Assembly: GCA_038891615.1 (NCBI GenBank)
Contig: JAWADY010000002.1
Span: forward strand, 1 to 64,000
DNA from: Candidatus Woesearchaeota archaeon
GTDB lineage: Archaea > Nanobdellota > Nanobdellia > Woesearchaeales > ARS49
Length of the DNA: 64,000 nt
Direction of reading: 5' to 3'
The translations under genes were made by a program, and so were the position numbers. Shown in pieces: positions 39,391-47,667 of this stretch. The notes under the pieces were generated by a model, which was given only the letters and a program-made list of their open reading frames with translations, had not been told where the DNA came from and ran no database searches. Numbering within the stretch: the stretch's first letter is position 1; each line of letters starts with the position of its first letter.

Positions 39391-40527
39391 TCAAGGCACC
39401 ATTATTTTATCTACCCTTGGAAAATGACAAACACTCCAAATAAAAGGCATTTCTAATAAGCCTTGTAAAAACCTCTCCCATCCAAGTCCAAACCCTGATG
39501 TTTCTTTGTAGTTTTCTAATATTCTTGATTGTAAATAGGGTTCATAATCTTTTTTTGGTAAATTAAAAATTTTTGCTTTTTCTTTTAATTCTTTTATATT
39601 TCTTACTCTATGACCGCTACCAACTATTTCTATATAGCCAGGCCATATGAAATCTGCATTATCTGCTACTAATGGTTGTTTACCATCTACTACTGCATGA
39701 TAAAAAGGAACTTCGAATAGAGGAAACTCTTTAATTATGACCATTGTCTCTAAGATCTCTGTTATTTTGACTTCTTCCCATGCTCCAAAATTTTTTAGAG
39801 TAAATTCTTTATATTTTCTGTTTTTTGTCTCGTTATACAATAAATCCAAACACTCTTTAAAAGTTATTTTAGGAGTTTTTAAAATATTTTTAGCAAATTT
39901 TTTAAGTTCTTCTAACTTACTTTCAGTTAAAAAATAAGAAAGATCTTCTTTATGGCTTTTAAATAAATCAAAAATAATCTTTTTTATTAATTTCAAGACC
40001 ATCTTTTCATTTTCTTCTTGACTAATTTTTCCTTCAAATTCAATATGATGAAATTCTGATAAATGTGTAACATCTGCTCTTTCTTTCCTAAAAGAATTAT
40101 ATATAGAATACGCCTTATTGATATTTTTTTGAAGCAAAGCTAATTCTAAATAAATTTGAGAAGATTCTGATAAAAAAACTTTTTTTGGCAGGTTAAACCA
40201 TTTTAAAGTTATTGGACAAGTATCTTTTATGTAATTAAGTTTATACTTTCCATAAACTGCACATGGTGAAGAAATCATTCTCGTAGTGAGAGGTAAAGTT
40301 ATAAATAATGCTCCTTCTTTATCAAAAAATTCATTAGCAGATTTATTTATAGAATGGTTTATTTTAGATAAATGAAACCACACATCATTATTCTTCAAAG
40401 ACTCAACTCGGTTTTTAATTTCATTCACAGAAACGTCAATTTCAAGAACATCCTTAATAGGCCTAAATATTTTATTTCCCCTATAAGAAATAGTTCCATC
40501 TTTATTGGCATGATAAGGGCCAAGCAT
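39391..40527 (-). CDS. Asn/Asp-tRNA synthetase-like catalytic-domain-only paralog (class IIb)
   Basis: FLSESSQIYLE, SFRKE...HLSEF.HIE.E, PFYH, EIVGSG.R, SGFGLGWERF, FPR; no N-terminal OB anticodon domain. Confidence 0.82.
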   Translation of the reverse strand: MLGPYHANKDGTISYRGNKIFRPIKDVLEIDVSVNEIKNRVESLKNNDVWFHLSKINHSINKSANEFFDKEGALFITLPLTTRMISSPCAVYGKYKLNYIKDTCPITLKWFNLPKKVFLSESSQIYLELALLQKNINKAYSIYNSFRKERADVTHLSEFHHIEFEGKISQEENEKMVLKLIKKIIFDLFKSHKEDLSYFLTESKLEELKKFAKNILKTPKITFKECLDLLYNETKNRKYKEFTLKNFGAWEEVKITEILETMVIIKEFPLFEVPFYHAVVDGKQPLVADNADFIWPGYIEIVGSGHRVRNIKELKEKAKIFNLPKKDYEPYLQSRILENYKETSGFGLGWERFLQGLLEMPFIWSVCHFPRVDKIMVP

Positions 40528-40551
40528 AACATAAATACAAAAAATGGATAT

Positions 40552-40559
40552 TTATAAAA
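40552..40559 (-). promoter_or_regulatory. Archaeal-type TATA box for the aaRS-paralog operon
   Basis: TTTATAAA about 25 nt upstream of ATG 40527. Confidence 0.45.
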
Positions 40560-40649
40560 ATTGCTCTTTAAAATTCGTAAAATTTTTTAGATTAAGCAAC
40601 CCCTCTCAATCTTGTGGCAGATGGTCGGGGGACAGCCGAATTCTGAATT

Positions 40650-40690
40650 ACGCCTAACAACTATTAAGCGAGATAAATATTCGCTTTATA
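40650..40690 (-). other. attI-like recombination site
   Basis: Minus-strand GTTAGGC (GTTRRRY) at 40652-40658, preceded by inverted repeat AAGCGA...TCGCTT, between the operon and a divergent recombinase. Confidence 0.55.
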
Positions 40691-40696
40691 GTATAG

Positions 40697-41038
40697 ATGA
40701 GGTATAAAAAGCGAGATTTTATGAAGTTAGTTTCCATAATAAACTGGATGGTAGATGATAGTAAAATCCATTCTCCAGAAGAAAAATATAAACTGATTGG
40801 TAAGCTAGTCGAGGAACTAAAACTTAGAAGATATTCCTATCAAACAGGCAAGTCATATATTTCCACAGTGAAAGACTTTCTGTCTTCAGGTAAAACGCTG
40901 AGAGAGTTTCTGCTATTAGAATCTGGTACGGATATTCGATACATTCAGCAGTTATGAGGGTATAAAGATTTGAAAACGACACAAATCTACACTCACGTTG
41001 CAAATGAGAATATAAAGAAACTTGCAAATCTGCTTTAG
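40697..41038 (+). pseudogene. Tyrosine recombinase/integrase remnant (internal deletion, nonsense mutation)
   Basis: The N-domain LKLRRYSYQTGKSY is fused directly to the C-terminal [28 protein letters not shown]. The catalytic R and HxxR segments are missing. Confidence 0.85.
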
Positions 41039-41169
41039 CCTTTAGAGTTCTTTTAAGCAGAAGATTAATGCCTACAATAAGTTAACAGAACACCAAAAAG
41101 AAAGATTTAAATATGAGCATCATCCTTTTTGATTTAAAAGTTGTAACATTTTTGTGAAAAGGTGAACAG

Positions 41170-41433
41170 ATGGCTGATGATGAAAAGAAGTTCTCAAGAC
41201 AAATTCTTGGCAAAACTGTTGTTTCCAAAGCAGGAAAGCGCTTTGGGACTGTAGGGGATATTATTTTTGAAACAAAGTCGGGTGAGCTAATACATCTTGT
41301 GCTTACCGATCCTACGATATATGCTGAAAAGCTTGAGCTTGAGCGCTCAAAAGAAGGTGAAATGCTCATCCCCTTTAGCGCAGTCATTGCTGTTGGCGAC
41401 TTTGTAGTCGTGTCCGAAGAAGACCTTGTTTAG
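41170..41433 (+). CDS. PRC-barrel domain protein
   Basis: LGKTVVSKAGKRFGTVGDIIFETKSG...IPFSAVIAVGDFVVV. Confidence 0.88.
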   Translation: MADDEKKFSRQILGKTVVSKAGKRFGTVGDIIFETKSGELIHLVLTDPTIYAEKLELERSKEGEMLIPFSAVIAVGDFVVVSEEDLV

Positions 41434-41508
41434 CAATTTTCTTGTAGCTTAGCGATTGCAAACCTTTCAACAGGCAAAGTTATTTAAAGCAGCATTTCTT
41501 GGCTTTTT

Positions 41509-42477
41509 TTGGGGGTTAAATTGGAGAGCATATGGACTGAGAAGTATAGACCAAAGAGCTTTTCGGAATTTTATGGTCAAGAAGGAATAATTGAAAGGAT
41601 AAAAGCACTTGTTGAAAAAAAGAATCTTCCCCATCTACTATTCATAGGTCCTGCAGGGGTTGGCAAGACTTCCCTTGCACTCGTCATTGCACGAGAGGTT
41701 TTTGGAAGCAGGTGGTCTGAAAATTTTCTTGAGCTGAACGCCAGCGATGAACGAGGTATTGATGTTATTCGCAGCAAAGTAAAGGATTTTGCACGTACGC
41801 GTGCTATTGGTGATGTGCCTTTTAAGATAATCTACCTTGATGAGTGTGATGCCCTAACAAAAGAAGCCCAGCAAGCACTTCGCAGGACAATGGAAAACTA
41901 CACAAGGACCTGCCGATTTATCCTTTCTGCAAACTATGGCTCAAAAATAATTGATCCAATTCAGTCAAGATGCGCGCTATTCCATTTCAAGCCTCTCGAA
42001 AAGGAACATATCTATGGGGTCATTGAACGTGTGGCAAGCGCAGAAGGATTGTCCATAAGTTCAGAAGCAAAAGAAAGCCTTTATACAGTTTCCGAAGGAG
42101 ACTGCAGAAAGCTTCACAACATTCTTCAAAGCTGCGCAGCTCTTGGAAAAGAAATTACGCCTGAACTTGTACTCTCAGTCGCAGGCGCTAGTGCTTCTAC
42201 AGAGTTAAGGAAAGTTCTTGAGCTTGCCCTTGCAGGTCGGTTTGTTGACTCACGAAGGCTTCTCCTTGATGTTATGCTTACAAATGGCTTGTCTGGCGTT
42301 GATGTCATAAGGCAATTGCAAAAAGAAATTTGGTCGCTTCCTCTTGAGCCAAGGAAAAAAGTCGCCATAATTGATAAATGCGGTGAAATAGAGTTTAGAA
42401 TGGTAGAAGGATCAGACCCATACATCCAACTTGAAGCACTCTTAGCACACATTTGCGCAGAAGGAATGTACAAATAG
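41509..42477 (+). CDS. rfcS: Replication factor C small subunit
   Basis: WTEKYRP, GPAGVGKT, ELNASDERGID, LDECD, AQQALRRTME, QSRC. Confidence 0.96.
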   Translation: MGVKLESIWTEKYRPKSFSEFYGQEGIIERIKALVEKKNLPHLLFIGPAGVGKTSLALVIAREVFGSRWSENFLELNASDERGIDVIRSKVKDFARTRAIGDVPFKIIYLDECDALTKEAQQALRRTMENYTRTCRFILSANYGSKIIDPIQSRCALFHFKPLEKEHIYGVIERVASAEGLSISSEAKESLYTVSEGDCRKLHNILQSCAALGKEITPELVLSVAGASASTELRKVLELALAGRFVDSRRLLLDVMLTNGLSGVDVIRQLQKEIWSLPLEPRKKVAIIDKCGEIEFRMVEGSDPYIQLEALLAHICAEGMYK

Positions 42478-42497
42478 TTTTAACAAGCGTTTTATGG

Positions 42498-43421
42498 CTA
42501 TCCAGAGCGTTTCACTGTCAGGCTTGTCTGCTTAACCCCTTCAAAGTCATAGCTTGCGGTTATTGTTAGTCTTTGCTCAAAGTCAGCCGGTTTGACCTGT
42601 TGCGTACAGCTAATGCTCTTCTTGCCATCGAAAAGCGTAACGGTGCCTGATGCAACTGTTCCAGAGGTTGTTAATCCGGTGCAACTTATCTCTCCAAGCC
42701 CTGCGTCAACCGTTACACTAACTTTGTTTTCTTCAAGGCAGTTGCTCCCCGACGCAAAAACCTTTCCTTCTCCTTTTTTGACAATATCAAAGCTAAATCC
42801 AATCTTGTCAGATGTCCGCGCCGTCTCTCGAAGGTTTTCAATTTGTATCGGCGCACCCGAATTAAAGACGGTCTTTGCTTCATTAATTTCACACAATCCA
42901 CCAGCCTCTGGATTTAGTATGTTTTTGCGTACGCAAAGCAAACTTTCAGCTTTTGTGCCGTAGTTGTAACAAACACTTGCGGCAAGTGGGAATGTGAGAG
43001 ATGCTCCTGCTAGCCTTGACTTGTAATTTAGGTTTTTGAACTCAACAGTCACAGGTAGACTCTCAATGATACTGCCACTTAGGTCACGCTTGCGTTCAGG
43101 AAGATCCTCTGTAGGCCTTCCAACGAGCTGTTCCTCAAGAACACCAAACTCAGATGGATTTATTCCAAAAAGTTTAACCCGCACCTTATCCTTGCTTACT
43201 GTCCACTCCCCCTTATTTTGAAGTCGCACCGTTACATCAAAAAAGTCTCCCCCGCCATCAAAAACTTCTGAACGGAAATCAACAAATTCTATAGAAAGCC
43301 CGGTTGTTCCTCCAAGAAATGGCGTTCTTTCTGGTGTTTTTTCCTTAACAGGCTTGCAAGCTACTAACACAAACAAAAGCAATGAGAGCAAAAGCAGTTT
43401 CTGGAAAAACTTTCTTTTCAT
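42498..43421 (-). CDS. Lipoprotein-like Ig-fold surface protein (paralog family A)
   Basis: LVAC lipobox-like signal; NKGE, CYNYGT, GAPI motifs. Confidence 0.75.
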   Translation of the reverse strand: MKRKFFQKLLLLSLLLFVLVACKPVKEKTPERTPFLGGTTGLSIEFVDFRSEVFDGGGDFFDVTVRLQNKGEWTVSKDKVRVKLFGINPSEFGVLEEQLVGRPTEDLPERKRDLSGSIIESLPVTVEFKNLNYKSRLAGASLTFPLAASVCYNYGTKAESLLCVRKNILNPEAGGLCEINEAKTVFNSGAPIQIENLRETARTSDKIGFSFDIVKKGEGKVFASGSNCLEENKVSVTVDAGLGEISCTGLTTSGTVASGTVTLFDGKKSISCTQQVKPADFEQRLTITASYDFEGVKQTSLTVKRSG

Positions 43422-43463
43422 TTTTTCAATTTCTCTTTTTATACTTATATAAATCTTTCTGGT

Positions 43464-44408
43464 TTACCTGCTTGAAAGGATTGTAATATCGCGAACAACA
43501 GAGCTTCTATAACCATAGCTTATGGTGATTGTGAGTGGACTAACAAATGCGCTTCCTTGCGGTATTCCTGAGAGCTCACAAAAAACTGTCGCAAGCCCGC
43601 CAGAAAGCTTTACATCTGGGGCAGGTCTGCAGGTTGATGTTATTGAGCGACCTGCAACAGATACATCATCCAGCCGCACATAGTCAAACTCATCATAGCG
43701 CAAGCCTTCTGCTGCATAAGGGGAGCATTTGCTTAGATATGTTGCACCTGGCTTAAAGACCTCTCCACCGCCAACATTTGCAATTGCTATCCTGAACCTT
43801 GTTTTACCTTTTGAAGGCTCAAGCTGGATGTTTGTGACTGCTATTGGCGCTGCCTGCCCTCCTCCGAGCGCAACATTTTGCGGAGTGCAAACCTTTTGCT
43901 TAACCGTCAGCGAGTATGGGTCTGGGTCTATGCAAACATTTGCAGTAGCAATCGTTTGGTAGCCATAGCAAGCTGTTCCAAGGATTCTTGTTCTGTACTG
44001 GTCGATGCCTTTTGACCTCAAATCCCTTATTGTACCTCTAAATTGTACAACATCCTGTAGCCCAATTGGCTGAGCCAAACTTTTACCTTCGAGCTTAGGA
44101 ATTTGTGCTCCAAAAGTTGAAATCCCAGTTATTATGCTTGGGTCAAAGCCTGAAATGTATACCTTGTCTCCAGCCCCTCCAACATCAAATGCTCCTCTGT
44201 TCTCAATCCTCAACACGGCTTCAAAAGGTTGGTCGTCATAGAGCCTTGTTGGCGGAAGGTTTGGTTCAAAGCTTAGTACAAGTCCTTGGCTTCCAACTCT
44301 AAAATCAGGCACAAGCTGTTCTTCACGCTGCCGTCCCCTCAATGGCGCACAAGCAGATAAGAGCAAAAGTGCTAAAAGCAAGCCTGCAATGGCCATTACT
44401 TTTTTCAT
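43464..44408 (-). CDS. Lipoprotein-like Ig-fold surface protein (paralog family A)
   Basis: LSAC signal; GSQGL, ENRGA, CYGYQTIA..VCIDP, AAPI, YGY. Confidence 0.75.
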   Translation of the reverse strand: MKKVMAIAGLLLALLLLSACAPLRGRQREEQLVPDFRVGSQGLVLSFEPNLPPTRLYDDQPFEAVLRIENRGAFDVGGAGDKVYISGFDPSIITGISTFGAQIPKLEGKSLAQPIGLQDVVQFRGTIRDLRSKGIDQYRTRILGTACYGYQTIATANVCIDPDPYSLTVKQKVCTPQNVALGGGQAAPIAVTNIQLEPSKGKTRFRIAIANVGGGEVFKPGATYLSKCSPYAAEGLRYDEFDYVRLDDVSVAGRSITSTCRPAPDVKLSGGLATVFCELSGIPQGSAFVSPLTITISYGYRSSVVRDITILSSR

Positions 44409-44625
44409 ACCGCTACTTTGCCAACGTTCTTATTTAAAACTATCGTTAGAGGAGACAATTTTGCATTTATATCTTTGAATTTTGCCTTTATTTTGAGTCT
44501 CCCAATTTCATCTTTCTTAATACTTTTTTGAGTGCATTTTAGACAAATAATATTCTCCATCATATGTGCTACAGATAATTATATGGTGAAAAGTATTTAA
44601 ATATAAAAAAGATAAAAGAAAAAAA

Positions 44626-44835
44626 ATGTACAAACAAAAAACTACTTATAGCACGAATGCAAGTGGGCGTACCGACGAAAGATCTAACTATAACACGCGA
44701 GTGAAACGTATAGAAGACAGGGATAAAAGCGGGCTTTTGATGAAATTGGAGTGGCCAGAAGAGAGTATTTTTGATGATGGGAAACAAAATAACACTCTCA
44801 CTGGAGCAGCTCACCCAGGATGCTGTAAGCAATAA
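44626..44835 (+). CDS. Small peptide, candidate RiPP precursor
   Basis: TTTAAATA TATA about 23 nt upstream; 69 aa ending AAHPGCCKQ; immediately precedes the radical SAM/SPASM gene. Confidence 0.5.
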   Translation: MYKQKTTYSTNASGRTDERSNYNTRVKRIEDRDKSGLLMKLEWPEESIFDDGKQNNTLTGAAHPGCCKQ

Positions 44836-46023
44836 GTCAGATCTAATCAGGATAGATAAGGATGTATATGCAGTAGTACGTCCAAACGAGATTTTATATG
44901 TGCGTAAAGAAGAATTAGACAATTTTAAGGATTATTCTATCCAGCCTATAAAGGAAAAAGGAAAATCCTGTCTTTCAGCAACATTTGTTCCAACACTTGA
45001 TTGTAATTTGAGGTGCATATATTGTTATGCTCGTGGTGGGGAACAAAAAGATATGATGCCCTCTTCAATGGCTCGTAGATTTTTAGAAAAAATGTATGAT
45101 CCAGCAAAACACGATGGAATTCACTTAAGATTTGCAGGCGGGGGAGAACCTTTTCTCAATTTTGCGTGTATAAAAGAAGCAGTAGAAACTGCTAAGAAAT
45201 TAACAGTAAAGTTTCTTTACATTGTATAACTAATGGGACTTTTAATAAAGAACAATTGTTTTGGATATTAAAAGAAAGGCCTCATATGAGGGTTTCTTAT
45301 GATGGTTTATCTCAGGAAATACAAAGGCCTTATAGAGGAGGAGGGGATTCATCAAACATAGTAAGAAGAAATATCCGAGAGCTTACAGATAAAGGAATAG
45401 AAACTGTTGTTCAGTCTACAATTACATCTTTAAATGTTTCTAAGATGAGAGAACTTGTATCAGAATTTTATGAGCTAGGCGTTCGAACAATAAAAATGGA
45501 ACCAGTTTATATAACCGAGAATTCAAGGGGAAATGCGAAATTGAATATTTCCCCTTCTGAATTCGTTTCAAATTTTCTAGACGCGGTTAAATATATCAGA
45601 GAAAATAATCTGGAAATGCAGATAGATACTGCTTTTTTTTCACGACCAACGCTAGGAAATTATTGTAGCTTATCTACTGGAAATATAATCTTAACTCCAA
45701 GTGGAGGTATTAGTGGATGTGTTGAAATAACAAATAATTGTGATTATCATTCAGGAGATGTCTTTTATGGAAAATTTGAAGAAGGTTTAGGGGAAATCAG
45801 GTTTGACGAGTCTAAGAAAAAATCTTTTGGGAAATTTCATTTTAGTAATTACACTAATTGCCCATCCTGTAATTTAAAACTTATTTGCAAAGGAGGATGC
45901 CCTCTTAGAAGAATCTGGAATCAGGAAGATCATTTTTGTAAAATTACTAGAAGGTTAGTTCCGCAACTTCTAAAATTATTTTACAAGGATCCTTCTTATG
46001 TTAAAATATTTATTAAAAAATGA
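44771..46023 (+). pseudogene. Radical SAM/SPASM peptide-maturase-like gene split by one frameshift (about 45197)
   Basis: CNLRCIYC and GGGEP in ORF 44771-45229. The shifted frame gives SKVSLHCITNGT and runs into ORF 45256-46023 (VSYDG, QRP, C..G...SGC, CPSCNLKLICKGGCP). The true start is uncertain. Confidence 0.8.
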
Positions 46024-46724
46024 GACTAGATATTGCTTTAAAAAATAAAAAATTTGCCGATAGCAGGGAGAAGGCAAAATATCTTATTAGAGAAGGATAT
46101 GTCAAAGTAGACGGATCCATCGTTACAAAACCTAGTAAAAACGTTAGTGAAACCTCAAAAATTGTTTTGATTAAAGATTTTGAATTTGTTGGAAGAGGTG
46201 GCTATAAACTTGATGCGCCTGTGAAACATTTCAAAATCAGTTTTAATGACAAAATTGTCGCTGATGTTGGTTGCAGTACAGGAGGTTTTACAGATTATGC
46301 TTTAAAGCATGGGGCTAGGAGAGTATATTCTATAGATATAGGCGATCCTCTCTATGAAACTTTAAGGAAAGACCCAAGGGTTGTTTACCTTCCAAATAAT
46401 GACGCAAGAAATATCAAACGCTTGGACGAAAAGGTGGATATATGCTTAATTGATGTAACTTTCTCACCATTAGAAGAAATTCTTTTGGTTGTTAGAAATT
46501 GGTTAAAAGATAAGGGAGAAGTTCTTGGACTAATAAAACCTCCTTTTGAACTAGAAGGAAAACCTAAAAAAATATATGATTATAAAAAATGTTTTGATAT
46601 TGCTAAGGCTGTTTCTAATTGGGCATCAAAAAATGGATACGAAGTAAAGGGCTTAATTGATTCAAAATTAAAAGGCAAATCTTCAAAACAACAGGAATTT
46701 TTCATTTATCTTCTTAAGCAATAA
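46020..46724 (+). CDS. tlyA: TlyA-family rRNA 2'-O-methyltransferase (S4 domain plus FtsJ-like)
   Basis: MRLD..SREKA, VGRGGYKL, DVGCSTGGFT, DVTF, LIKP.FE. Confidence 0.9.
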   Translation: MRLDIALKNKKFADSREKAKYLIREGYVKVDGSIVTKPSKNVSETSKIVLIKDFEFVGRGGYKLDAPVKHFKISFNDKIVADVGCSTGGFTDYALKHGARRVYSIDIGDPLYETLRKDPRVVYLPNNDARNIKRLDEKVDICLIDVTFSPLEEILLVVRNWLKDKGEVLGLIKPPFELEGKPKKIYDYKKCFDIAKAVSNWASKNGYEVKGLIDSKLKGKSSKQQEFFIYLLKQ

Positions 46725-46749
46725 CAAACCTGCATGTGCGTTAGAGGCA

Positions 46750-47667
46750 CTACCTTGGCAACTTCTTTATCTCAAACTCTCTGCTAAATGCATCGTTATA
46801 ACCATACTCTAGTTCAATGCCAAGAACAGCATTAAATGTTCCAAGCCTTTTGTCAATTCCTTCTGGTAGCGTGCAGAGCGCCTCTGCTTCATTTTTTGAA
46901 AAGACCAACTCGCGTTGGCAGTTCATACTTTTGTCAAGAAGAGTAACGCGTAAGCCAGCCTTGTTAAAATCCTCAGCCTTAAGTAGTCCTGCCGCGCAAG
47001 CATCTGCTGCCCTTCCTGGTCTGACAATTATCCCTTTTCCATTATTCCTGAACTTCAGTAGAACTTGTGGCAAGACTTTTCCTTTGTCTGGATGGCTCAA
47101 AATTTTAGGTTCAACGCTTGTTAGCACAACCGGTGCGCCTTGGCCTGTCAGTTTAAGGCTTTGCATTCTACAAACTTTTTTATTCGAAGAGATCTCAGCA
47201 AAAAGGTCAGTATCTATACAAATCTCGGGAGCAGCAATTGTGGCATACTCATAGCAAATGTCAACAGTCGCTTTGGCTGGCAACCGCTCAAGCCCTGGCC
47301 CTAGTCCCATTGCTTTTGCTGGAATGGTCTCAATAATCTTTTCGCCAGTCGGGTTGTCGAGAGACTTGCCTTGAAGCTCAATAAAGCCGGACTCCTTTGA
47401 AAGCTGCACAGCATCCCTATTATAGTTTATGACATAAACTCCTCCAGAAACATCATTTGCTCCTTTGTTCCAAATCTCAAAGGCGAGGTCAAAGCTTGAG
47501 CCTTCATAAACAATCTGTGGTGGAGAGTTTTCAATCCACCTCAACACAAGCCCTTCTGTACCAGTATGTATTTGAGGCTGGACGCCTGCTGGTCGTGTTG
47601 TTACAAACTGGCAACCAGCAACCAGCAACGCTGCAAAAATGCCTATAAAAATAAGCCCTTTGCTCAT
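46750..47667 (-). CDS. Lipoprotein-like Ig-fold surface protein (paralog family A)
   Basis: VAGC signal; HTGTEGL, NKGA, CYEYAT.A..ICID, QGAPV, YGY. Confidence 0.75.
   Translation of the reverse strand: MSKGLIFIGIFAALLVAGCQFVTTRPAGVQPQIHTGTEGLVLRWIENSPPQIVYEGSSFDLAFEIWNKGANDVSGGVYVINYNRDAVQLSKESGFIELQGKSLDNPTGEKIIETIPAKAMGLGPGLERLPAKATVDICYEYATIAAPEICIDTDLFAEISSNKKVCRMQSLKLTGQGAPVVLTSVEPKILSHPDKGKVLPQVLLKFRNNGKGIIVRPGRAADACAAGLLKAEDFNKAGLRVTLLDKSMNCQRELVFSKNEAEALCTLPEGIDKRLGTFNAVLGIELEYGYNDAFSREFEIKKLPR

Larger units (their letters stand above)
33904..41091. mobile_element. AT-rich island bounded by inverted IS-like ends (composite-transposon-like), carrying an integron remnant
   Basis: Perfect 17-bp inverted repeat 33904-33920 / 41072-41088, extending imperfectly to about 42 bp; abrupt compositional shift; inserted between tyrS and the PRC-barrel gene. 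Confidence 0.75.

Noticed and set aside
35181-40527. Canonical microcin C (mccABCDEF) cluster
   Set aside because: No precursor peptide ending in Asn, no ThiF/MccB adenylase and no MFS exporter seen.
40955-40957. TGA readthrough (selenocysteine/recoding) in the integrase
   Set aside because: The position corresponds to a conserved Leu (LLGH). The gene also has a His-to-Tyr change and a large deletion, so it is a pseudogene.
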